From the human T2T-CHM13v2.0 reference genome, Homo sapiens: 64,000 nucleotides of DNA. Under the pieces are notes generated by a model. It saw only the letters and a program-made list of their open reading frames with translations, searched no databases and was not told the origin of the DNA. Of the stretch, positions 1-11,469 are shown one piece after another. How positions within the stretch are numbered: position 1 is the stretch's first letter; each line of letters starts with the position of its first letter. A program made the position numbers and the translations under genes. The DNA lies in assembly GCF_009914755.1 (NCBI RefSeq), contig NC_060929.1. The stretch is one strand, 5' to 3'.

Positions 1-1420
1 TTAACAGCCTTTCTTGAGCCCAATAGAAAACTGAGGTTGCAGGACAAAATCCTGTCTCAAATATCGAAAAAGTCGAGAAGAGGTTCTTTCCTCTGAAAGG
101 AGAAAAAGGATCCAAGTACTTGCTTACCTGCAACAGATGCTCCAGAATGTCATATAGATTGGTAAGAGGATCAAGCTAGAAATGTTTTAAAAACTACTAA
201 AAACTGAATTTGTGCTAATAAGAAAATGTTTTTAGTTTTTCTAAAAGATAACCGAGGAAAAACAAACCATACTATATATTGGGTGTGTGCAGCATAAAAT
301 GCATAACAATGATGGCACAGGGATGGGAGGGAGGAATTTGCTATATGTAATTACACTGCACGTGAAGTAGTATAATATTCTTTGAAGGTAACATCAGGTG
401 ATTTTAAAAAGCATGTTGCAAATCCTAGAGTGGCCACAAAAATATTAAAAATAATATAAACAATAAGTCCACAAATTAGATAAAATGATATCACTTAAAA
501 AGATGCTAAGTTAAAACCAGAGAGTGCAGAAAAATAAAAGAAGCAAAAGCGAATTGTAACAAATAAAAAATTACTAACAATATGTTCCGATTGAACCCAA
601 CCATATAAATAACCATTTTAAATGTGAATAATCTAAATCTACTAATTAAAAGATAATTTTATGTTAGGTAAAGAATAATGATCCAACTATATGTGGTCTA
701 TGAGAAACAGTAGAAATCTCAGCCATTGATAAGTTAGGGTAAAAAAAATGGAGAAGGTAAACCAGGATGGAGAAAGATAAATTAGGGTAGAGGATGGATA
801 AAGATAAAAGTCACTAACCAAAAGAGGGCTGTTTTAACTATATTAATTTCAGAAAATTACACTTCTGAACAAGAAAATTTTTCAGAAATAAAGAGAAATA
901 TTACATAATGCTAAAAGGGGTACATTTTCTACAAAGATTTCAGAATCCTAACTAGATATGCATCTATCAATAGAGTTTCAAAATACATACATGAGGAAAA
1001 ATGGATGGACCTGTAAAGAGAAGCAGATAAATCTGGAATTATAGTTAGAGGTATCTGCATGCCTCTCTCAGTAGCTGATAGAACTCAGTAGGCAGAAAGT
1101 CAGTAAGGAAATAGATGACCTGAAAAACACTTATCAACCAGTTGGATCTAAGAGTTGTAGAATATTCCACCCAACAACAGCAGAATATATTATCTTCCCA
1201 TGAGTAACTGAAATACATCAAGATAGACTGAGTTCTGGAACATAAGACAAATCTTAATGAATGTAAAATGATAGAAATTATATACAAAGTTATGTTCTTG
1301 GACTATGACAACATAAAGCTAGAAGTCAATTATAGAAAGTTATCTGGGAAATCTCCAAGTATTTATAAAGTAAAAAACGCATTTCTATATAACTCATGAG
1401 TCATAGAGGAAGTCTCAAGG
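1..1420 (+). mobile_element. Old L1M (LINE-1) fragment including decayed start of ORF2 (endonuclease region)
   Basis: A-rich strand; 595-640 'aacccaaccatataaataaccattttaaatgtgaataatctaaat' resembles the ORF2 ITLNVNGLN start; 1160-1250 'gaatattccacccaacaacagcagaatatattatcttc' is typical L1 EN sequence; no open frame. Boundaries approximate. Confidence 0.75.
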
Positions 1421-2571
1421 GAGAATACTTTAAATTAGCTGCCTTTTCTCACAAGCTTTTTCATCATAGCTTTAAAGGGTAGTCCTAGATAGCAGTGGTG
1501 ACACATTGAGTGGTAAAGTTACACATCTGTGCTAAAGTTTTCAACCTCTTTTCTATAGAACCCCTGCCTATCTTCTCAGGATGGGTCTTCCACAAAATAA
1601 TTTTTAGGTGGTAATAAGTGTGGATGCCAGGCTTTGACCACTCACTCACCTTCCTTCCCTCCTAATTTTGGATGAAGTACAATTGTCATAGTTGGCGCTT
1701 AGGACAGGTATTGATTTTTAAATATGCTTTCTTTTTTTTCTGTTAAGATATAATGGTATGTGTTTAATTTGTGCTAGTGTTCTTAACTTCTTGATTGTAT
1801 TTATTTTGGAATAATTTGAGAGAAGGAGGTTCTGTCATTTAGTCTTTCTCTATACTTTTAATAAGAATGTTTTCCCAAGGATTTGCAGTTCTTTATTTTT
1901 AAATTATGCCATCTGTTGTTTATGGTGAGAAGCTTTTTGTTTAACGGAAACTTTATAGCATTTTGTAACAAGATTTCAATTTAATTAACTTGATTAATGA
2001 CTTAGGGCAAAATTTGAAAATAAGCTGAAAAATGTAAAAGTAGCTTGTTTGAGAAAAGAATTTGGTATGAAATAAAAAGTCATCTTCACAGATGCAACTG
2101 ATTTCTAAGCCCGTTATGTAATTCCACTGGTCTAAATCACAGAAAACATTTATAGGACATACTCTACCCTGCCTCTCCTGTTCAGAAAGAAGATGGATTT
2201 TCAATAGTACTGTGATAAGAGTGACATCTGATATTAACAGCAATTTCTTAATTTGGTCCATTAGATTTTCCTGTTATCATATTTCATCTTATTTCTTTGA
2301 AACTTTTTAAATAATGTTTTATCTTGAAAGGAGCCTTTGAAGAGATAGCTTTTGATATACATTTTAGAGGATATTCTTGACGCATGATATACCTGTCCAC
2401 TTACAATTTTTTAATATTTCTCATACTACCTTTGATCATTATTTTCTCCTAAAATCGCTCATATATTTGATAATATAGTGTAATAAAAAGCTAAACAACG
2501 GCATTAATTAGTGAAGAGATGCATGACAAATTTTCATTATGCTATTAATTTTCTTTTTAGTGTCATATCTT

Positions 2572-2780
2572 AATCTCAGATGGCCTTTTTTTTCTTTGTG
2601 TCTTTTTTCTCAAGCAAATAGAAAATTGTTAAGCATGAAATGTAGTGTAAAACTTTTAATTTATTTAGTACTTTATCAATCTCAGATGGACTTTTTTTCT
2701 TTTTTTCTTTTTTCTCAAGCAAATAGAAAACTGTTAAGCATGAAGTGTAGTGTAAGACTTTTAATTTATTTAGTACTTTA
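2572..2780. repeat. Tandem duplication, ~106 bp x2
   Basis: 'aatctcagatgg...ttctcaagcaaatagaaaa.tgttaagcatgaa.tgtagtgtaa.acttttaatttatttagtacttt' starts at 2572 and again at 2678. Confidence 0.95.
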
Positions 2781-3299
2781 ATCACACTAAACATTTATGG
2801 ATTACAAATTCAAACAAATAATATGCTGCTTTATATTAGAATTTTGAAGTCTGAGATTATTAAAGGCCTGTACATGTTACTATAATTCTGTAGTTATAAT
2901 TATATAACATTACATATAGAATATATATTATATGTAACTAGTTAATTATATATGTAGATATGTAGATACACAGAGAAAGAGAGAGACAAAAGAAAGAAAA
3001 AATATTAACATTTATCATGATGACTAAAAGATCAAAAGCTAACACAATCCCATTAGATTTACCAATGAAGACATTCATTTTTTAAACAAAAAAACCCTAA
3101 TATGTTCTCCTGATTTAGTGGAAAGTTTACTTGGTTGCGTGTATCTTTAGTGGAATTTTATTTTGTTTTGAAGATCTCCCATTAACAGTCATATTCCAAA
3201 TATTTTAAAAATATTAAACAAGGGAAAAATTTTTGTGGGTGGCTCTTAAGGCTGCTAGTAATAGTTGTCTGTTATACCTATATTTCTTTGTTTTTAACT

Positions 3300-4760
3300 T
3301 GCTGTTTTAAAATAACTTAAGATTTATAGCAGGTTTGCAAAGATTTACAGAGTATTTTGTGTACACTTCACCCAGCTTTTCACTCCAGTTCCCCCAATAT
3401 TAGCATCTTACTATTAAGGTACTATGTAATCATAGTACATTAATCAAAACTAAGGAACATTGTTACAGTGCTACCCTACAAAGGTTATTTAGATTTATCC
3501 AGTGTTATTGTGTTACTGTTGCTTTTGTTTTGTTTTGCTTGGTTTGCTTGTTTGTTTCATTTTACTAATTTCCGTTTTTCGGTTCTGAGATAAAATCCAG
3601 CATACCACGACATATTGAGTTTCATGTTCTCTTACTTTCTTCTGCTGTGTAGTAGTTTCCCAGTCTTTCCTTTGATGATCTTGCTGGTCTTGAGGTGTTC
3701 TAGTCTGGTGTTTTTATAAAATGTACCTCAGTTTGTGTTTACCTGATTTTTTTGTTTGTTTGTTTGTTTTTTGAGACAGGGTCTCGCTCTGTTGCCCAGG
3801 CTGAAGTGCACTGGCAGGATCACAGCTCATTGCAACCTCCACCTCCCGTGCTTAGGTGAACCTCCCACCTCAGCCTCCCAGGGAGTTGGGACTGCAGGTG
3901 GGGACCAGCATGCCCAGATAATTTTTGTATTTTTTGTAGAGATGGCATCTCGCCATGTTGCCCAGGCTGGTCTCAAATGCCTATGCTCAAGCAATCCACC
4001 TGCCTCTGCCTCCCAAAATGCTAGGATTACACGTGTGAGCCACCACACCTGGCCAGATGTTTTTCTTATTATCAAAGTAAGTTTATGGATTTAAGGAAAA
4101 AATAGCCCACAAGTGAAGTGACCTTCTCATTGCGTCATATCAGGAATTCACGGTGTTAAACTGATTATTGATGAGGTTAGCCTTCACCAACTGGAGTTAT
4201 GTCTGCCAGGCTTCGCAACTGTGCAATTATTTTTCTCTTTCCATATTCTATTCACTGTAAGTGTGTAACTGAGCTCATCCCACATTCAAGGGGAGAGAAA
4301 TTAAGCTTCACCTCCGAGAGGGAAGTGTTCATTGCTTCCATAAGCTTATGTTATTACCAGTCATTAATAAATACATTGGAGGCTAAATACATTTGAAACT
4401 GTGCAAATATCTTGTTTCTCCTTAAAATGTACTCACAAATTTTAGCATTAATTAGTGGACCTCTTTGAGGAAGTATTAGTGGAAGATTCTAATGATAATT
4501 TTCTATTTGCTTTATTCATTCACATGTATTATTTGGAATGTTCCTTCTTTCCTTCCTTCTTTCTTTTGCACTTCCTTTCTGTCTCTGCAAGATGCTACAG
4601 ACTCAACTTATGTTTTTCTTGCTTTAACTCTAGAATCCCTGTTTCTTTAAGAATTCCTAGGTATTTGATTAGATGATTGAGCTTAAAAACCAAGATCTTG
4701 GCTTCAGTATGCTTGCTGCTTTTGAGGTGTCACTGTTACTAGGCCCTTTCACAGAGGCCA
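3300..4760 (-). mobile_element. Old L1MC/MD-type 3' end, interrupted by an Alu
   Basis: 'aataacttaagatttatagcaggtttgcaaagatttacagag...cacttcacccagc' and later blocks resemble antisense L1MC/MD 3' UTR. Confidence 0.6.
3746..4054 (-). mobile_element. Alu (AluJ-like)
   Basis: Antisense dimeric Alu 'gagacagggtctcgctctgttgcccaggctg...gagccaccacacctggcc'; 'gatcacagctcattgc' is J-like. Confidence 0.9.
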
Positions 4761-4917
4761 AGGCATATATGTGTGTATAAAAACTCATGTATACAAATAC
4801 ATGTGTGTGTGTTCATTTCAGTATCTATTTTTCTGTATGTGTATGTGTGTGTATATATATTTATATATATACGTTTCTGTGTGTGTATACATGTATTTGT
4901 ATGTGTGTGTGTATGGG

Positions 4918-5282
4918 TGAACTGCAGTGAACTGCAACCTAACATAGTATGTAAATTAACTGCAACATAACCTAAAAGGACATTCTTGTAAATAGCTGAG
5001 TCCCAGACAATTACAGTAGTCAAGATACAGTCAATCACAGGCTGCCAACTGATTAGACTATGTCCATATAAGGAAATTTCCAATTATACCATGCCCAAAT
5101 AAGGCATACACCCAGGTGTAACAAATTAAGTTGTTTTTGTTAAGTCCCTTCCTTTTTCTTCTGCAAATATTGAATGCTGACATTGATGGGTAGAGCTCTT
5201 TGAACCTCTCTGAGTGCTGCCTGATTCAGGAACTATTCTTTGCTCAAACATTGTGAAATTTAATTCTGAAGTTTTTTGAACA
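4918..5282 (+). mobile_element. ERV1 LTR fragment (MER57-like) within TG/TA low-complexity sequence
   Basis: 3' end 'gtgctgcctgattcaggaactattctttgctcaaac...aaatttaattctgaagttttttgaaca' resembles the MER57 terminus. Confidence 0.55.
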
Positions 5283-6575
5283 ATATATATACATACACAG
5301 ATATATGGGTATGGGTGTGTGAGTGCGTGCACACACACACACACACTTATATCTCCAACACTAAGACAATATTACAGGGTCCAGTCTAGACTTTACTCCT
5401 TACCAGTAGATAGTAATGGTGATTTTGGAAAAGCAATGTATTCTTATCTGTGCCCCCTTTCTAGTAAATGCTCCCTGTTTTCTCTATTTCCAACATCAAC
5501 TGTTATCTAAATTTTTAATACAATTACAACTTGACTACTGGGAAATCATGGTTGTTAATAGCCAATATATAGCCAATCTTAAAATTATTTAAATACATTT
5601 CTTAAATAATGAGGAAACTGAGGCTTTGAGAGGCCAAAAAAAAAAATAGGTAAATCTGCAAATGTACATATTAAGGACATTAGATAAATTAAAATGTTCT
5701 TTCCTCACATGAGTTCCTTCTCATTTTTGGTGGTGTGACACTGACTTCTATATCCTACCTTCTCATAAATATTTTCAGTGTATATCTTTATAGAAGCTAT
5801 GTTTTCTGAAAAGAATTTAGCTATTGCCATTTTAAGTTATGACACATTTTTCTGCACAAATCTTACTTTAGGCTCCCAATTCACTTTCATGTAAAAACAA
5901 GAAACTTATTATCTTCCTGGTTCCAGGAAAAATATACAAAATTTGAGTTGTATAAGTTCTCTCTTCTCTAATATTAATACTTTCAGAGGAAAAATATAGC
6001 CATAAAATACAAAAATCATAAGGAATATAATAAAAATGTAATTAGCATTAAAGCATTTGTCACATAGGAAAATAATATAAATATCACCTTATTTATTCTG
6101 TTCTTGTGGAAAGAGTACTTCAGTGCTTTTTGTAGTTGAAAAAATTAGTAATAACTATTTTATTAAAATGTGTTTTCTTTCATGTGAAATCATATTAAAT
6201 ATACTCTAAAATAAAGTAATCATTTTGTTACTTTGCTACATAATATTTTGCTTGCTTTTTGTTTTGCTTGGGAGCTCAATGACAGGTTTTATCATTGTTG
6301 TTTGTTTTTTCTTGATTTGCTTGAGAAAAAAAGATAGAAGATGGTCAGCAATCTATTGACTATTTTCACTGAGTCATTCTCAAGGTTGACTTATTTTTTT
6401 TCAAACTTAAGACAATAAAAAGTCAATGAACTAGTTATATGTCTTAAGGTATCTGTGAAATAATCCTAAATGCAGCCACTGTAAATACCAAATACATATG
6501 GTGTCTCTCTTTTTTTTTCCAGAACCCAAACCATCTTTTAAATTCATTATTAGTTTGGCATAATTTTTTGTCTAG

Positions 6576-6911
<336 letters not shown>

Positions 6912-8579
6912 TAATAAAACAAGATTACACAAGTACTGATAATATTTAAGTGCAAGAAATGTTTTAAAATGTAATTAAGGAAAAATGTTTGTAATATATT
7001 ATGCTTTTACAAAACAAAAATTTAGCTTTAAAACTACAAAGTTATTGACTGTAAGATTATATAAATTGTATTATTTGTCTTCTATTAAATTGTTATCTCT
7101 AGTTAGTCTTTGTAGGGATTGCGTTCATGTGCCATTCCTCTATATAGATGAAAAGTATACTATGAATTAAATTCACATTAAAATTTATTTGTTCTCGTTA
7201 ATTTTCTTTTTTCATTCAATTAAACATGCTACATTTACTATGTACCATGTGCTAGTCAAAACATGGAATACAAAAGTAAATGAGCTAGAAAAGCATCTGC
7301 CTCCTATGAGCTAATAAACTGACAGGTGCCTCTAAATTTATCTTATTCTACTAACATTAGTGTAGAGATCTCCTTAATCTTGTGATCCTTTCCATGTTCA
7401 GATTCAAGTTTTCCTGCTTTAATGATGAGTACTAATTTGAACTTATCCTAAGTAATGCCCGGCATTTAAATTGGCCATGCACTCAATTAGAGCATTTAAC
7501 CATGGTAATTTTGAGTTATTCTGTGTTTCTTAAATAGTGAAGCTGGATAATTATATTAACTGAAAGCACAGGACTGTTAAAAGGCTAACAAAACCTAAAA
7601 TTCAAACCCCAACCCAAAGCCACTTCAAAATTCTTTGTATAACCAGAAGATGCTATAATAATAATCAGTGCTATCAATTGTGGTTGGATAACTTGAAAAG
7701 AGTAATTATGAAACTTGGAAAAGCAATTTTCACAATCATTTTGTTCAGTTTGTATTTTACATAGGTATATAGTTAATTACACAAATAAATGTAAAATATC
7801 TTAAAATGTAGCAATATATATTTAAAAAATAACTAGAAACAATTTTATGATTTATCTAGTTTGACACATTTTTATTTTTTCCTTTATTACCAGAATGAGA
7901 GGAAGTTTTGAAGGTGGAGGAGTTGACACTCAGTATCTATAGAAATGAAAAATGAAATTACTACAGTGAAATTTTATATCTGTTACAAGCGTCACATTTA
8001 GTTTTTGGCAACTCAGAGTTTAAAAGAAAAATAACATTACCTAATATACATCATATTAGTTCTCATTTCACTACTTTGAGCTCTTTCTAGAATATAATAT
8101 GTTATGATAGTCACTGAAATAGATTTTTTAAATTGGTTCCTCATTTTTAGCAGATTCATTTTGTTAAGACAAAGAGTGGCAATTATAACTTTAGATTGCT
8201 TGGAATTCAATGAGAGATATTCAGAAATATAATTTGTGATTATTATTTTCTCAGAGAAAAAGTAAGGAATGTAAAGAGTATATGATAAGTAAAGTAAAAA
8301 TTTTCACAGACAGACTATGAACAAAAAAATCTTACTTAACAAAAGGACATACAAAAAATTTTTAAGTAAGTGAAGTATATGAGGTACTAATCAAGAACAC
8401 CGTAAGGACAGTGGATAAGAAAACAGTGAACAGGAAGACCCTGACCTGGGCAGAAACAAGATCATAAGAAAGCAGAAAGCCACCCAGACTAATCCAAACT
8501 CTTAAATTACGAGTGAAGCATTGAAAAAAAGTAAGAAGAAAGCAGAAGTTGACCAGAAAAGCAAAAAAGAAATAATTAA

Positions 8580-8718
8580 TTTTTTATTGGTACACATATG
8601 TACATATTCATGGGGCACATGTGATATTTTGTTACATGCATAGAATGTGTAATGATCAAGCCAAGGTATTTAGAGTGTTCATCAGCTTGAGTACTTATCA
8701 TTTCTATGTGCTGGGAGA
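8580..8718 (-). mobile_element. Short L1MA 3'-end fragment
   Basis: 'gtacatattcatggggcacatgtgatattttgttacatgcatagaatgtgtaatgatcaag' matches the antisense L1MA terminus. Confidence 0.8.
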
Positions 8719-9091
8719 AATTTTCTAGAGTGACTTTTTTCTAAGGACTGTACAAGCCTACTGCTCGAAGACAACCAGAAGCATACCTAAAGGCAACAAA
8801 AATAAATAAGTGAATAAAGTCGATTTATTTAACTGTTTTGAGCAAGGGACATATTCCAGGCCCTTGGGCGTCTCTATAAGAGGGTATAGGAGGAAATTGT
8901 AAATATAATTTTGATATGTTGAATGAAAAAGTATGGCTTAAGGGAAAAATATGAATAAGATGTCAAAAAACTGGGGGTAATTCAAATAAGTGAATTTTGT
9001 AAAGATTTCTCTATAGTTGGTGAGTGGATTAAAGTGGATTAGAGTTACCATTGGTAATGCAGCACTCAGTGATGTTGATCAAAAGTGAGGA

Positions 9092-9094
<3 letters not shown>

Positions 9095-9147
<53 letters not shown>
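9095..9147. repeat. (TA)n microsatellite, ~26 units
   Basis: Uninterrupted TA run. Confidence 0.98.
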
Positions 9148-9150
<3 letters not shown>

Positions 9151-9489
9151 GTCTGGAAGATAATCTTGCTTATGTCTTATATCTATGAGCATTGTTTATG
9201 TTCAGCTGGGAATAGCTAGTTGCCAGTTAGGCGATTTGTCAGCCTAGTGTGCCAGTTGGATAATTTTTCATTTTCTTAGCAAATTCCAATATACAGCCTT
9301 ACAACAATTTTGTGGAACAGATGTCATTGCCACATAACATTTTTAAGTGTAAGTATGAAAATTTCTCTCATTAGCAAGTGTCGGTACTGGAAATAATCTT
9401 CATACACCAAACTCTAAAGTATTTGTTCTATTACGAAATCAACACAACATGATATCCATTATTTGTATTTGGATTACACTTTCTTAAGG

Positions 9490-9685
9490 AGTAGAGTAGT
9501 ATATTCTAAAGAGCACCAGTTGTGATTTAAACAACTGAATTCTAGTACTAATTCTGTAGCTGACAAGCTCTGTGACTTCAGTCATGTCACTGAACTTCAT
9601 CACTAAGATGAAACCTTAATTCTTTCATCTTTAGTAGGAAGGAGTTGAAGTAGCTGAAGTATAAAGCTCCATCTAGCTCAACAAT
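9490..9685 (+). mobile_element. MIR fragment
   Basis: 'gaattctagtactaattctgtagctgacaagctctgtgacttcagtcatgtcactgaac...tctttcatct' resembles the MIR core. Confidence 0.55.
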
Positions 9686-9742
9686 TTTATTATCATTATT
9701 ATTGATTCCTTCTTCCTGTGCCCATAAGTACTCAAAGATTGC

Positions 9743-9975
9743 CAGAAGCGGATAAAAGTTTTGCTGAACTTAAAGCCTATTCAATCTGAGAGGCAATTTT
9801 AAAGAATGAGAAAAAAAATCTTACTATTACAAATTTTCAAAAATGATGCCAATGTGAACACATTTATAGCACCCCCCCTGCCCGCCCGCCCCACTCAGGG
9901 CCTTAGAAGTGATGCTTGCAAAAGAGGGGCCTTGAAGTTTAAGTTTCTCTAGCTTCCCTGTAAATCTGCCTTTTG
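9743..9975 (-). mobile_element. hAT-Tip100-type non-autonomous DNA element (ORSL-like)
   Basis: Imperfect terminal inverted repeats (cagaagcggat.../...taaatctgccttttg); internal 'gaggggccttgaagtttaagtttc'. Family name from recall. Confidence 0.4.
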
Positions 9976-11469
9976 CAATACCACTCACAATGGCTTTTGT
10001 GGCAGGTTCTGTTGATGGGTCAATAAAGAGGAAAGAGAAGACGGCAGATGGTGTTACCTAGGAATTCCCCTGATCTCCTTTCAAGTCCGAAGTGTAAGGA
10101 GGTTCAGAGGTGGTCCATTTTCACTTGGAACTGTAAGAAACAAAGGATTTCTTACCCTCTAGGAAGGTTCAAAAAGCCTCTTCCTGAATCATACTATGGA
10201 AGTAAGACCGTCTCCTGTCACAGAGAGGTAAGTTACAAGGTGCAATGGTTATAAAGGCAAAGGGCTGAAGTACCAAGCACTTACGTGTTTCTGTTTCAAA
10301 ATAAGGCAGTCAGCAATACATACTGGAGGAAACAAGGACTTCCGAAAGCTATCGCAAAAACTACACTACCTAAAGGCTATGAAGTGAGAAATTTGGTAAT
10401 CAAAAACTAATGAATTAGTAATTAGTGACATGCCATACGGTGTTTTTAACATGATGAAATAGTGAGCTAACCTCTGCATGCAATTGTAAAAACAAATTCT
10501 TAAATGTAAAGAAATCAACACTAAGTTTCAGATTAACTTGCCTTTTGTCTCATAGACCTCTCTATGCATTTGCTCTCACAAAATACACCTGGATGGAAAC
10601 AGAAACTAGGCTATCTTACTGCATCCTAAAATATTCTGCTACCTAAAATAATTCATGGTTTCACTTGGTTTCACATCTGCCTAGTGTAGCATTAGTGGTT
10701 TTGTGATACACCTTTCAAATAATGATAAGGACATTTTGCTCTGACATCCCTCCAAGATAAATTACCAAACCCTTCAAGACATAAGATGATAGGAAGATAA
10801 GGTTTATTATTTCCCACACGGTGGTCAAGGTCATTGAGGAAAAATGGTATGAAGAGTTAATATTACAGGAAAAACATAGCATCCAAAATTAAATAATATT
10901 TGAGATTGAAAAGATACATTATCCCCATAGCTCTGCGAAACTCAGTGTCTACACAAATTACTATTTCTCTTTTAAGTGCCAGTCATGTAAGTTACAGTTC
11001 TCTAAGGACAATTTTAACTGCTCTCTGTTACTTAGAAATTTCCTCTATTTTACCTCTCTCAGTCAAAATGACTTGAATTCTTATAATGTCATTTCCCTTT
11101 ATTTCAGAATTATGTTTTATGTTGCAGAATTTCCAATTGGATATGCCTATTTTCTTTCTTCCTAGAAAATACACGTAACAATGAACACTGTATGTATAAC
11201 TTGCTAAAATAGAGGATGTTACATTTCAGTTACTCATCGATACTAATACTCTTTGTACTACAATTTTAATACCTATCTTCACTTTTAGAATTAGCAAGGT
11301 TTGCTAATGTAAGAAAAGTTCATTCTGCAATTGATATTGCTAACTACTAACTCATAGACTAATACTGAAATTTATACAGAACTTTTATATCCTAGAATGA
11401 AAAGGAAATATATTATGACTCCTCTTATTTACATTTTTGTTCCTATTTAGAATGTTGCCAAATTACTTA

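Noticed and set aside
4739-5510. ORFs rich in H/T/Y/C/V
   Set aside because: Derived from (TG)/(CA)/(TA) low-complexity sequence.
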